Origin: the human T2T-CHM13v2.0 reference genome, Homo sapiens
Length of the DNA stretch: 64,000 bases
NCBI RefSeq assembly: GCF_009914755.1
Contig: NC_060935.1
Strand: one strand, 5' to 3'
The position numbers and the translations under genes are program-made. The notes under the pieces were generated by a model. The model saw nothing but the letters and a program-made list of their open reading frames with translations. It did no database searches and was not told the origin of the DNA. This document shows, piece after piece, positions 11,347 to 24,879 of this stretch. Each line of letters starts with the position of its first letter. Position 1 is the first letter of the stretch.

Positions 11347-14300
11347 GGATGTTGTAAATCACACATATATGTAATTTATGTCAATTAAAATTGTTTTTAA
11401 ATGCTTTAAGGATCCTAAGTGTACGAAACATCTTGTTTTGATTTTAGTACTTGACAATGCCTAATAGTATTTTGGTACATAGCTTATGCTCTGTAAACGA
11501 TTGTTTACTTATATCACCAATTCTGATTTATGCATTTTTTTCACTTGGGCCTTCCCTGACCAGGCAATTGAAAATTGAAAATTTTCTTTGCCCTTGAACA
11601 AAGAAAATCTGTGATCCTGTTTTTATTTTATTTTGCTCTATAGTAATCATCACCAACAGATATACTAAATTGTTCACTTATTTACTTATCTATAACCTTA
11701 AACAGATAGTAGAGATGATTATCTCTTTTGCCTGTGGCTGTATCCCCAAAGCCTATGACTGTGTCCAGCACTTAGTAGGTGTTCTGTGCTCTGTCTACAG
11801 CCCAGCCCGATTGTCTTAATCCTTGGAAAAATCTTCCTCCATAATCCTGGTGTTATCCTTCCAGAAAAGGTCATACTACTAACCATTTTATTTCCACTAA
11901 AACAAAATAAAATCTGAGACTTATTAGTCAGTGACAAGTTTTGCCCATGAGTGAAGAGGCATTCAGGTTTTTTACTTGACGTGTAGGTTGGAACATTATA
12001 AAGTTCATCAGTCAAAGTTTTTGACACCAAACCACCACCTTAAGAATTAAGCTTTAAATCATTTTCCAACACATCCTGGGTGCTGTGACAGTTAGGTAAT
12101 CCTGGTTCTATCAGTACACTGGCTCTGTAACACCTCCTAGATTCTCTGCTCATTAGTTTTCATGGTTTGGGTTTCAGAGACTTTTGAGCTAGCAGCTCAG
12201 TGAATGCCCAAAGAGTTGAATCCAGTTTCTTTGGCAGCTTTTACAGTTAATGATGACCTGTTCACTTGAATGGCTTCTAGTTTCACCTTCAATTCAGGAA
12301 CAACTAAAAGCTAAGTGATGTACTTGTCTTACCCCTTCTCAGTGAGACTGGAATAGCATGTCTTCATGTTTTCTGGAAGCATTTGTTAAAGTGGCCCGTG
12401 CATAAAGTGAGATCCACAGGGTGAATTTGATATGTCATTCATTCAAGCATGCATTGATTATTTTATTTTACAGTTTATTGTGTTAGTGCACCTTGAGATG
12501 CCGCACCAGACATTGACCTACCCTTCAAACACCTTAAATTTTAGAAGGGGTGATAAGTCCCTCTTCCTGACCCACCCAAGGAGGTGATATTGTATCTTTT
12601 GTGTCTTGGGACACAAAAGAATTCTGGGAACTTTATTAAATCTCTTATCTTTTTGTATTGCATTTCTATATTTATGTGTTTCTGCAAGTTTCCTGAGGGC
12701 TTGGAGCAAATTATATTCATTTATTTCTACATCCTCAGAACCAAGCACAGCATAGGATAAGCCTCAATAAATGTAGGGTGAATAGAAAAGAAAGCTAGGT
12801 GCAGAATAAAGTGCACCTTTATTCAGATGAAGGTGGTATAGGAGGAGACATTTGAGCTGACTTGATGGTTGGACACATAGAAAAGGGAGGGAAAACATTA
12901 TGGCAATGGATGCAGCATGTCAGAGGTAGGAAAGTGTAAAAGGGTAACGCCTCCGAGAACTACAGGGAGTGTTTCCGTTTGGGTAGAGGGTGGGGTTCAC
13001 AATGGGAGAAAAGTAAATTATGTCAGTAAAAGGCTTGGGATCTGATATGAGTATTGCAAAGGAGGCAGTGAATACCTAATGCCATTACTACTCACTAGTT
13101 TTTGTTCCAACTCTTAGGACTCCATCTATTAGATTTTAAGGTTAAAGAAAAGATAAAGGGGTCAGAAGGAGAATATTATGTTATAAGAGTCCTGGAGCAC
13201 AGGACTAAGCAGGATTAGGGTGGGAAGATAGTCAGGGCTCTTGAAATGGGCCCCTCCCACCCTCAGGTTCTTGCATGTTGAATTCATTTGTCAACCTTAG
13301 GACACACTGCGTTTGAAAACCCTGTGTTGGATTTTTTAGATGAACTTTGCAGAGGTTGAGTACTAAGAAGACTTTGTCGCTCTTGACCCTAGCTGTTTGC
13401 ACATGCTTCCAACAGAGTACCTCACATAGTGCCCGGGGAATGCTGGCAGGTCAGCTTCTCTACAGGATGGCCAGACTGTCGCATGCTTCTTTGTTTCCCA
13501 GAGCCAAGTACAGTGCTGGCATGTGGAAGATCCTCTATAAATATCTTCTGGGTGAAATTGCATTGCTGAAATATAGCCAAAGATACTATTACCTCAGGGA
13601 CATCAGAAACAGGAGTTTTCGTCTAGATTGAAGTTAGATGCTCATAGCTCATGGGTGATAGAATTTTCTATTAGGAAAATGACATTATAGGTATTATTTT
13701 TCTGGTTCCTTCCCTCAGTGGGAATGAGAGGTGAGTGGAAACACAGGAGGGCAGTGAATGTCATTAAATCAGTGAATATATCTAGAATATGAATTAGGGA
13801 GTGTTCAGAGAAGTTGAGGCTGCATGCTGAAGACAGAAGACTGATGTCTTCCATTTTTAATAGGGAGGAATGAGAGTGCAGAGTGTAAGAGTGCTCTGCA
13901 GACTCTGCTTATGTGTTGCATGTGCACAGCTAAGATTACAACTTCTAAAAACGGTTTATTTTTCTAGTTAGACATACAATTGCATGTACATCTGATTTTT
14001 GGTAAGGACAAGCTATTACTTATTGATGTATTATTATTAATATTGTTATTATTTTGCTAAATGGTTAGTCGTTCTATTGTGGAAAAAAGCGAATACGCTG
14101 TGCAAGCTTTTATGTGTAGGAATGGGAAAGAGGATACTGGGAGAAGTAATGCACATTTCAGATGGTTAAGTGCTGAACATGTTCTATTGAGGGGAGTATC
14201 CCATTCTTACAACACTATTGTAGCTCATTTGAGGGGCAACACAAGTGGCTATTGATCATCTGTGTGATATTTTGGGAAAGACACTTAGGACTCTGTTTCT

Positions 14301-14602
14301 ATGAAATAATCTTAACCAACTTCTAATGTATTCCCTTTATGCTTAGGAAAAAACAGTTATCTTGGCAGAAGAATCATCTGTCTGGTTCCCTTGCGCATGT
14401 CCTGTTTTGTCTCATAAGAAGAGGCATTTGTATATTTTAAATTTGGTGCCAAAATTAAGAAGAAGTATCTGTAGTCCTTATGTATCTGTCTATATGTGTT
14501 GAATTAAGGTAGCAGAGGGTAGAAATGGCAATGTGGCTTATTTGGAGGATTGTATATTTTGTTTTCTAGAATGTTCCACCTTGTTTCCTACTTCTCCTCC
14601 AG

Positions 14603-14702
14603 GACGTGGGGTGTGGCCAGAAGGATGGCAGGCAGTGGGCACACAGCTTGGCAACAATCTTGAGTGCCACTGCTTGTGCTTTTCCCCGAGATGAGAGTGT
14701 CG
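14603..14702 (+). other. Possible 100-nt non-coding or alternative exon
   Basis: Acceptor 'ttgtttcctacttctcctccag|' and weak donor 'tcg|gtaaaa' in unique sequence; no transcript evidence available. Confidence 0.2.
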
Positions 14703-16759
14703 GTAAAAACTGCTGCTTAAAACAGCGTGACTCCCTCTCTCTCCCTGGAGACTGACTGCCTTCCGTTTTCTGTTGACCTGAAGCTTTAGATCAGAAGACA
14801 GTTCCTAATGCGAAACTCTCCCCAGTTTTGGCAGTGGGGATACACATTGCCGGTGATGCTTTGTCATTCTGGCAGTTGATTTATTGCAGAGGTTCAGTAT
14901 GCAGTGTCTGTGGATTGGAAAAATTCAGGGTTCAAGTCTTTTCTATCGACCTCTAGGCAATCACTGCCAGTGATAGGATCAGTCCAGGGTTTTTGATTAT
15001 TCCAAATTTCATGTTGCAGAAGCCTGGATAATCGAGCAGTGCGTAATGGGATGTGAATGCCGAAGTCCTGGAAATAGCTTTGAGAACCTTCTTATATGCA
15101 CGGAGGGAATGACTCCAACTTATCCCGTTTGTTCATTCAGTTCTCTATGTAATCTGCACATGGTAACTGAGTGGACTGGATGGTGTTATTCAAATATAGT
15201 ATGTGCTTTTGGTGTAGTTGTTTTCCTGAAGGACCATGCTTGAGTTAGCAGTAGTCTCTGATAACTAGTTCACTTAGAAAAGCTTCACATTTCTCTTGTT
15301 TTAATAATACATAACACATTTAAGCCACAGTTAAGAGCATTTTACCATAGGATAGCATAGAAGAAAACTATAGCTGTTGCCAGCCATCTTTTGGTTATAC
15401 ACTAAGAGCTCATTTGCCTTTTGCTATTAACGCTTGTGGCATCTGTTAGAGAAAAGCGACTCCTGGTAGTTTAGACTGCATTAGGTGTGTAGCCTGAAGT
15501 ATTCAATGCATCAAACTGACTTCAAGTTGACTCATTACTCCCTCTTGAACAAAAGACAGTATGTGTGGAATTCTGATTACAGCTTAGATCTTCAGCTTTA
15601 AGAAGTTGCCCTTTGAGCTTGCTCTGTAAATAGTGATTAGGTGCAAACCTTGGATTTTGGTCCTTCACCACCCAGAATGGTGCCTGGGTACTGAAGAAAA
15701 GAGCTTTTCCCATTGCAGAAGCACTTTAAACAGTAGATTCTTTAGCAGGGAAACTAAAATAGGTTTCCTGTTCTTCAAATGGGTATTTTAAGTGCTTTGC
15801 AGGTGTATCTTAGAGAACGGAGGTATTTATTTTTAATGAGAAGAACTGAAGAATAAAAACAATCACAGCCTTGGAGAATTGCAGATCAAAGCTTTTTTTT
15901 ATAAAACAAATGAAGGCCTCCATCCTACGAGCTAGTAAATTCATTAATTTTTAATAGAGGAATAGGCTATAAATGGTAATTTAATTCTTTTGGCAGAAGA
16001 TCGTTTAAGTGGTGTTTAAAAATCTACATACTTAGGTGGTTTGGAGTGAAAACCTGCTGTGATATCTAAGGCAGTAAATGTGCAGTGCAGCTGAAAAACT
16101 TGTTCAGAAGCACTATGGGTCCTTTATAACTGCTCTGTTTCTACCTAATATACAGTATAATATTTTGTACTACAGCCATGTTTAGTTACTTTAGAGCTGG
16201 GTTTCCCATCTTGCTGTTTGGGTCAGAAATGCTACTGTCAAGAAGTAGAGTTGCAGGCAGCAATAATTAGAAAATCCCAAGCCTTTCAAATCTATTTCAT
16301 GTTTCTCCTAATTGGTCAGGATCTCCCCTCACCATTCCAAATACTTGTGCTCCCCTCTTAAGTTATCCCTGTGGTTTCTTTCTTTTGCTCTTCAAATAGC
16401 AGCTGTAACATTTACCGAAGAAGCCAAGTTCAGCTCTCCAAATGATGGCTAGTTCCATGAGAGAGCCAGTCTGCTTGGAAGTGCCAGAGGTTCCCAGGTA
16501 GCAGCTCTTCTAGAATTGTGCTGCTGTGAAATGATCACATTGGAATGGTCATAGAACTCAGGGAAGCCACATTTGTTAAAGTGGCCTAAGTTTGGAGCCG
16601 TTTTGCAGGCACAGAAAAACTGCAGAGCAAATGAGTTGTCTATGATATAGGTGTGTGTATGGAGGCACGTCTTTGTAAAATGGAAGTTGTTGCTGGGCTG
16701 AGAAGTACCTTTGGGAAATAAGATAAATTGTGCAGTTGAAAAAGGTTAAGGCGTGTTCA

Positions 16760-17070
16760 TCAATAAATGATTGGATAAAAAAACATGATATGTACGTACA
16801 ATAGAATACTATTCAGCCTGTAAAACAAAGGAGATTCTGCAATATATGACAACATGGATGAACCTGGAGGACATTATGCAAAGTAAAATAAGGAAGTCAC
16901 AAAAAAACAAATCTAAAGTAGCCAAATTTATACAATCAGTGACATGATGGTTGGCAGGGTCTCAAGGGCAGGGAGAGTTTGAGAGTTACTAATCAAAGGA
17001 CATAAAGTTTTAGTTGAGCAAGATGAGTAAATTCTAAAGATCTGCTCTACAGCATTGCACCAGTAGTCAA
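16760..17070 (+). mobile_element. L1MA/L1MB-type 3' UTR fragment
   Basis: 'caatagaatactattcagcctgtaaaacaaaggagattctgcaatatatgacaacatggatgaacctggaggacattatgcaaagtaaaataag'. Confidence 0.85.
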
Positions 17071-18176
17071 CCATAGCAGGTCATCTGGGTCTATCCTCTG
17101 TTTTAGAGATGAGGAAACTGGCTCAAGGGATATCTCTTGAGCCTTAAACCAGTCAGTACCTGAGTCCCCTTGTTGCATCTCCTGTCGTTTAACTCTATAT
17201 GCTGGCTTATTTATGCCTTTCCTCATCTTAAATCCTCTCCTGGAATACGGCAGTGTGTAAATAAATGGATGAATGTATGCCTTCTGCATTTTAACTGCTA
17301 ATTCTTATCAATCTGTTTATCTGTATTATAAACTGACATGTGTTTGCCTATCTTGCTTGCCTTCCCTCCCCTACTCCTAAATTTAGAGTTGTATGAAGAC
17401 AAGGATTTTGTTTAAACTAAAATAAACCTATGGTATCTAAAATTCTGTCATGTGTCAGTGAGTATTCAAAAAACATTGCTAAAAAGGAGTATCATAAATG
17501 AAACATTTGCATTTTTTAGTCTTCTAGGCTGGCTGGACCACACTTGGTTGGTTCTTTGGTGATGGACAGTTAAACCTGATCCGGAAAAAAGAAAGGTTTC
17601 CCATTTCATTGCCTTCCCTTCTATTCCTTGTGAATGTGCTGACAACACCACCTCAGAACTGCTGGAGCCTAAACAATAATCTCCCCTGAGCTTCAGGCCC
17701 TGCTTGCGGGACTCACCATTGGCTGGGGGTCAGAGGACTAGGTTAGGCCTTAATGCACAGACTTGCAGGGCTGTGAAAAGAATCATAAATATCCCTTTTT
17801 TGGCTCATCTATGAGCAGGTGTTCTGTAAGTTATCTGTTTGGTGGTTTTAGTCACACATGTTGGCTGGCAGTTTAGAAATTTAGTTTTTGAAGGGTTAAT
17901 CTCTTGGGTCGGATGATTCCAATTCATGTCCACATTAAGGTGAACAGTTTTCCTTCTCTCTAACCTATATTTTAGTACACTTATGCTCCAGAGCCTAATA
18001 TATTCAGTGATTTTTCTCAGCATCCTGAATAGGATCTTTAAAGGGCATCTAAAATGTCACATGTCCAAGATGGATGTCCAGTTCTTTACCCCACACATTT
18101 GCTACTTCTGCCATCTTACTTGTCTCATCTCAATAAATGGTAGCTCCAACCTCCCAGCTTGGAGTCTCCATGATAG

Positions 18177-18178
<2 letters not shown>

Positions 18179-18216
<38 letters not shown>
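18179..18216. repeat. (CA)n microsatellite
   Basis: Uninterrupted AC run. Confidence 0.95.
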
Positions 18217-18220
<4 letters not shown>

Positions 18221-18346
18221 GTGTGCACATTTTACATATATATGTGTAATCTTTTATTCAATTTGTCAGCAAATCCTGTTGGCCGTATCTTCAGAATATT
18301 TCCAGAATCTGACCACTTTTCATTGTTACTACCTTGGTCCAAGTCA

Positions 18347-18429
18347 AGAAGACAGGGTAAAAATGTTATAGATCACATCTTTAATGTTTGGGATGGTATC
18401 TAATCCCTAACCCTCAGCTTTGGGGCCCA
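18347..18429 (+). repeat. Direct repeat copy 1 (83 bp; partner at 20069-20151)
   Basis: 78/83 identical, ungapped, by manual alignment. Confidence 0.95.
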
Positions 18430-19152
18430 TTATCTGTCTGTAGGATTATTGCAGTAGCCTCTTTACTGGTCTCTTTGCTTCTGCCCTTCTTTGCTGTCAT
18501 CTGTTTGCAACACATCAGCTCAGTAATGTTGAATATTGGTCAGATCCTATCCCTTCTCTGCTCAAAACACTAAGGGTTTCCTGTCTAACTGAGAGTAAAC
18601 TTTGCAAAGACTCTACAGAATCTGACCCTTTGTTTTTCTGACTTTATTTTTTACCATTCTCTACTCACTGAGTTTTGACACACTGTCCCCTCTTGTTCCT
18701 TGAGTATACAAGGCCTGCTCCCACCTGATGGCCTTTGCTTTGGCCGTATCTTCAGCCTGCTGTGCTCTTCCCCATCATCTGCATGGCTCACTCCCTTACC
18801 TTCTTGTCTTTATTCAAATGTCCCTTTCTCAATGGGGCCTTATCTGAATACCCTATTGCCTGCCTATCCCTCTTTCCTGCCTTCTTTCTCTCTATAGTCC
18901 TTTGCATCATTTGACTTTATATATTACGGTTATTTTCTTTCTTTTCAGTCTCCCTCCTCTAGAATATAGCCCCTTGGGGGCAAAGATTATTGTCAGCTTT
19001 TTGTCTGAGCCTGTATCACTAGCTCCTTAATGGTGCCTGTCCCATAATAAGCCATCAGGATATTGAATAAATGAATGAATGCTTTCCAGCACAATCTGCT
19101 TTTTCATGGCCAAAAGGTTCTGTTTTCTGTGGCATTAACATTTAATAAGAGA

Positions 19153-19470
19153 GGCCAGGCGTAGTGGCTCATGCCTGTAATCCCAAAACTTTGGGAGGCT
19201 GAGGCAGGTGGATCACCAGCGGTTAGGAGATCGAGACCACCCTTTCCAACATGGCGAAACCCCATTTCCACACACACACAAAAATACAAAAATTAGCCGG
19301 TCTTGGTGGTGGGCACCTATAATCTAAGCTACTCAGGAGATTGAGGCAGGAGAATCGCTTGAACCTGGGAGGCAGAGGTTTCAGTGAGGCGAGATCATGC
19401 CACTACACTCCAGCCTGGGCGACAGAGTGAGACTCCATCTCAAAAAAAAAATAATAAATAAATAAAAATA
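19153..19470 (+). mobile_element. AluS with (CA)n in the linker
   Basis: Full dimer ggccaggcgtagtggctcatgcc...gagactccatctc followed by an A-rich tail. Confidence 0.95.
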
Positions 19471-19699
19471 TATTTTAAAAGAGGTATTCTGAGAACACTA
19501 GCAGAAGGAGTAGATTGAGTTTATGTGGCTTTCTTTAGCTGCACACCAGCCACTTGTAGCACCAAGTTACTTCTCTAACTAATTGGAGAATTTCCACATA
19601 ATTAGACTGGTGATATTTTAAATACTAATTTGAAAGGCTTGAGTTTGCAAATACATATGAGAAGCTAGAAGCCCCTTAGCTGTCCTCTTAAGGTGTCAA

Positions 19700-19755
19700 C
19701 CATAGCAAAAATATCTAACACTCATTAAGCTCTTACTCTGCTAAATGCTTTTTAT

Positions 19756-19814
<59 letters not shown>

Positions 19815-19950
19815 GCAGAAGTAGGTGGGTATTTTCTCCATTTTTCAATTGAGGACTCTGAGGTTGAAAGAGCTTATGTAACTTGTCCAGTACAAAGATG
19901 TGTAGGCGGCAGAGTCAAGGTGCTGACCTGAGGTATCTCAAGCACTCTAT
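19700..19950 (-). mobile_element. MIR relic carrying (CA)n at 19759-19807
   Basis: 'ttttctccatttttcaattgaggactctgaggttgaaagagcttatgtaacttgtcca' MIR core plus a long CA run. Confidence 0.7.
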
Positions 19951-20068
19951 CCTGTTGGAGGGGTTGATGCTTTAAACATGTTAACGAAAGGGATCTTTCT
20001 CTCCTTCTTCCTTCGGTGGGAGCTTGACACTTGTACTCATGAAATCAAGCCCAGCAAGGAGTGTAGAG

Positions 20069-20151
20069 AGAAGACAGGGTAAGAATGTTATAGATCACAT
20101 TTTTAATGTTTGGGATGGTATCTAATTCATAACCCTCAGCTTTGGAGCCCA
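20069..20151 (+). repeat. Direct repeat copy 2 (83 bp; probable donor of 18347-18429)
   Basis: agaagacagggtaagaatgttatagatcac...ccctcagctttggagccca. Confidence 0.95.
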
Positions 20152-21555
20152 GCTCTGTGCTTCAGGATGTAGAGGGGAGGAACACTAGCTAGTTAGAAAC
20201 TCAGTTGGAAAGAGGAGCCCAGAGTCTCTGTCTTTGCCTTACAGATATATAGTGTGTGCCTCCTTCCTCTGGACGAAGAGAGTTGGTCTAAATACACATT
20301 GTATTCTGGTGGCCAAAAGTTATTTCTGCTTTCCTAGGCCTGAGCCACAGATAAAATTCCAATCTACTCTGATCACCAAAATCAGAAGATTTCAGAGCTA
20401 GACTGGATTTTGGAGATTTGCAAAACTTTTCTCACCATTGGTGCTCCAGCCATTCAGAAAAGCATGCAAATTCTCCAACACATGATTTTCTTTATTGCCC
20501 TGGATCTTTGTGTGTTCTGCTTCCTGTCCTGTTAAAACTTGCCTTCCATGTTCCTCTGGCCAACTCCTTGTACTTTGGGATTCAGCCTAGAAGAGAGAAC
20601 ACAGTTAAAAATATTCAATTATTTTTTTCAAGGAAAAAATATCACTTTTAGCAATATCATGGTTTTTTTAGTGCTTGCAGTTTAGTCCCCCAAACAAAAT
20701 ATTTATTTGTGTAAGTAACAGTATATGTGGATGCTAGCATATGAAAGTTTGGCCTGTCCTTCAACCTCTTTTATCTAAAAAAATGGCAAAATTGAACCAC
20801 GGATGTGAAATCCAAACAAGTGTATTTATTAATGGATATTGGTTGCCTGTAATCAAGGCACAGCATTTTGGTTAATCCTAGTCTTAGATTAATGATAAAC
20901 AGAATAATAATTTTTAAAATATGCTAAGTGTATATCTTTAGCATAAGTATGTGACTACATTAAGTATGGGCTTATCATTATTAGCCTTAGTGAAAGAAGG
21001 CATTAAGTTATTTTTTAATGAATCCAGATGTCCAGAACTGTATTTTTCCTCAAATTTTAATGTACCTCCAGAGTAGTTTCAAAGCTAGAGTTGTTGAACA
21101 TGACCATGGGGATGGGAAGTGAGGTGAGACAGCTGCTTTTGTTTGTGAGGAAACTTAATTTGTGTGACACTTGCCTTCTGTCTTCCAGAAAATTAGCATG
21201 TGTAGTTTTAAAACACAGAATGAGGATGCTACAGTGTTTATTAAGCAAATCCGGTTTATGTCCCTGCATATTTTTGTGATAGTGTATAAAAATTTGAGGT
21301 TATACTGCATATAGCAAATTCTCCCCACCTGGAATGACACTTCTATTTAAAAGAGGCATTTAGGTGTAAGGTTCAGTAGGCAGAAAGAGGATTGACATTT
21401 ATTGAGAATCATCTGTGTGTCTGGCAGTGGGCTAGAAGCATGCATTGTGCAAATGCTGCATTTCCCACTGGACTCTGATATCACAGGTATTTTAAGAAGG
21501 GTAGAGTGATGAGGATGGGACATCCCAAACACTTCTGAATAAAATAAGCTCTCAG

Positions 21556-21701
21556 TTGGATTTGCTGGTTCTCGCTTGTAGTCACTGCTATTCAGGAGGT
21601 CAAGTCAGAAGGATTGCTTGAGCCTAGGAGTTGGAGGGTGTAGTGGACAATGATTGCACTTGTGAATAGCCACAGCCTGGACAACATGGCGAGACTCTGC
21701 A
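21556..21701 (+). mobile_element. FAM (fossil Alu monomer)
   Basis: Monomeric Alu-like sequence retaining 'atgattgcacttgtgaatagccac', the 7SL-derived segment characteristic of FAM. Confidence 0.75.
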
Positions 21702-21778
21702 AAGGAAGGAAGGAAGGAAGGAAGGAAGGAAGGAAGGAAGGAAGGAAAGAAGGAAGGAAGGAAGGAAAGGAAGGAAGG
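21702..21778. repeat. (GAAG)n polypurine tetranucleotide repeat
   Basis: About 19 AAGG units occupying the position of the FAM tail. Confidence 0.95.
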
Positions 21779-22178
21779 CTGGCTCTCAATGACCTGAAGT
21801 GATAGAGGACAACAACAATGTGGGAACCTTAGCACGTAACCTCCCTGAGCCTTTTTGGTTTCCTATAAGAGGGTGGGAGCTAGAAGGCAGAAATGAAGGG
21901 GAGGCCATGGAGGGGGGATGAGCTTTCTTTTTACTCCAAGTGCTACTTTCTTACCTTCTGCTGGGGGTAGGGGCTTTCACTTGTGAGATTACCAGGCAGA
22001 TCATCAGTCTTTTCTTCTTTTTCAACAGTTAAATTTTTCTTTTCCTTAGTATAAAAGTAATTCAATTATTTGCTGAACATTTAGAGTGTATGTCGATATA
22101 AAGAAGAAAATTATAATCATACTCATGATCACGTGACCCTGATATATAACCAGTTTTCAATTTGAAGCAGAACCTCAG

Positions 22179-22179
<1 letters not shown>

Positions 22180-22210
<31 letters not shown>
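22180..22210. repeat. (TA)n microsatellite
   Basis: About 15 uninterrupted TA units. Confidence 0.95.
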
Positions 22211-22217
<7 letters not shown>

Positions 22218-22649
22218 TTCCTTCCAATTTCAATATACAGTGCATATTCTTTTATTTAATATATTAGTGATCAGTTTTCCTAATTGAGCAATTAGACAAT
22301 GATGGTCACATGGGTAGAGATGGGTCTCAAGAAAAGGATCAGGAGGTCTTCTAGCCCTCATAGCTACAGGAGACCCATGGTCAGAGCACATAGAAAAGGA
22401 CTGCAGGTATGTTGATAGTAATAATACATCACAGCTTTGCTTTCATAAGGATCTTTTATTACTCAAAGGTACTCAGACCCTTACACTGCCACTAGGAGTA
22501 GAGAAAGGAAGTTTTATGTTACCCAGATTTGAGAAGAGGAAAGGCAGTATTGGGCTAAAGCCACTTGCGTGCAAGTACACAATTGGATAGAGATTCAGAT
22601 TTCCAATGGGGCAGCTTTTCCACATTATTAAATCTGTCAGTTTCCTGCC

Positions 22650-23053
22650 ATCTTAGTCATCTTGGGCTGCCATAACAAAATATCACAGACTGGGTGAACT
22701 AAACAATGGATATATTTTCTCACAGTTCTGGAGGCTGGGAAAATCCCAAATCAAGGTTTGGGCCTATTTGGTTTCTGATGAGGGCTCTCTTCCTGGCCTG
22801 TAGACAATTGCCTTCTTGCTTTGCCCTCAAATGGCTTTTCCTTGGTGCATGCATGCAGAAAGAAAGAAATAATTCTCTGGTGTGTTTCTTAAAAGGACAC
22901 TAATCCTATTCAATCAAGGCCCCACCCTTATAACCCCATTTAACCTTAATTACTTCCATAAAGACCTCATCTCCAAATATAGCCACGCTGAGGATTAGGG
23001 CTTCGGCATATGAATTTGGGGGTGGAAGGGACACACACATTCAGTCCATACCA
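22650..23053 (-). mobile_element. MaLR LTR (MLT1A-like)
   Basis: 'tcttagtcatcttgggctgccataacaaaatatcacagactgggtg...ctcacagttctggaggctggga...gacacacacattcagtccatacca'. Confidence 0.85.
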
Positions 23054-24879
23054 CTTGTCCAACAAACACTGCTAGGTGCTGACTTTTGTTGTACTGCTAA
23101 GGAGCCTAAGCTACAGAGATGAGCCATTGCCAAGTCATACTATAGTGGAGATAAGTGTGGACCTATGTAGGACAAGCTAGAGAAGGTATCCATTGGGAAG
23201 TGATTTGTGAGCCTTGAGAGACAAGTATAGGTGTCATGCAGAAAAGAGGACAGCCATCAAGAGTTCATTCTATGTTGTTGTCTATTGCTAACACAAAGAA
23301 AAAGACAGAACCTGATTTTGCCTTTTTTTTTTCTTATTTTGTTCTATTGAATATCATCATGCTGGATTATATGAGCCTTTTGTAAACCATGGAGATCCTT
23401 CACTCCATCCCTCTTTTTCTTTGGAAAGGTGGAAAATGAATAAATAAAATGAAATGTAGAACCTGGAGCCAGGTATTTGTCAGAATGTTAATTCCAGGCA
23501 TGCATTCCTCTCTGTTTCTCTTTCAAGTCTTGTGTTTTTAAAGACATCATTGAAAGATTTAGTAGTGCTTGTGTAATCTCTGTCAATCCCTACTGATGTA
23601 TCCTAGTGCAGTTTGCTTACTTTATTCACTGGCCATTGGCATGGTTTTTCCTTTAAAGGTCTTTCTGATCACCCTATCATGAGCAAACCTGAAATCTTAA
23701 TTTGACTGCTAAGAAAAGGACATCAGAAAGCTGGAGGTTTTCTGTAAAATGCATTTCTCCTGTCATCATCTCATTTACTCATTCAGCTCACATCTACTGA
23801 GCATTTACTACTTGCCATAAACTCTTCTAGGTGGAACTATTGGGTACAAGACAGAATAAGATAATTCTTTACCCTGGAATGCATGTAGGTTCATGCAGGG
23901 ATGAAAAATGTCGTTCAATTCAGCCATAGACTTGGTTCACAGAGCCTGCCAAGAGCACTTATGGAAGAGGTTTCTAAGACTGCATTTAAAGTGACTTGGC
24001 CAGGAGGCCGTGTTGGATTATTGGGAGTCACCATGGACTTTGGACAGGGAGTTGAGGAAAAGGAAGTAGTGACTTGCAAATTGCATATTTGCTATCCCGA
24101 GCTGTGCCGTGTCTGAATACAATTCTTTCACTGAATTATGGATGCAGGGTCAAAAATGCATTATCTTCAGTGGGATAAAAAATCAGCCTCCCACAATGAT
24201 CAGTTATCTTGTATTTAAATTTTGTTAGAAATACATTTTAGTCTTCTAGAAATTTTTTTCTCCGTGGCTTTTCCTCTCTTTTCTCCCAAGACTTTAAGTT
24301 ACAGTTGGGAAATTGTTCTCTTCTTAAGGGAATGATTCATCGTCGGCAGGCATTTATTAATGTTTTTCAGCAAAAGCCTGGGATGAAGCCAGCTGCTTTG
24401 CTGACTATGGAAAGAAGGGGCCTCAAACCCTTGACTTTTTCTTTTACACAACAATGTTCATTCTTGGATGCACAATAGAATCACCTTAGATGCTTTTTAA
24501 AAGCCCAGGACTCACCCTAAACTATAGAACTTCCAGGATGGGACCCAGACATCAGATTTCAATGTATAACCTTGGAGAACCAGTGTCTGACCAGGGCACA
24601 TGCAGCCGCCACCAGGTTTTGGTCACTTGGATGGCTGGTCTGGCAGCTGTTCTGGTAATTGTGGAGATAGAAGCTAAGACTAGAGGAAGGAGGCCACCTT
24701 ACAGGTTTCCCCTGGCTCAATGGTGTTTACTCTGGGCAAACTCAAGGTATACAGTTATGGTTGAGATATTCTGGTCCAACTCTGGACCCACAGTCTTTAT
24801 GCTTCCCCCGGGGGTTAAAAATCTCAGAATTCCACTTCTAATTCCTACACGGTCTTTGGGAAGCAGTACACAGTTGTAG

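Larger units (their letters stand above)
17970..19085 (+). mobile_element. Long L2 fragment containing (CA)n and an 83-bp foreign insert
   Basis: L2 motifs 'gtcagcaaatcctgttggccgtatcttcagaatatttccagaatctgaccactt' and 'cttctctgctcaaaac'; terminus 'tattgaataaatgaatgaat'. Confidence 0.8.

Noticed and set aside
10543-11388. ORFs resembling '[22 protein letters not shown]' peptides (also at 42134, 44209, 49866 and 51834)
   Set aside because: These are standard Alu translations, not genes.
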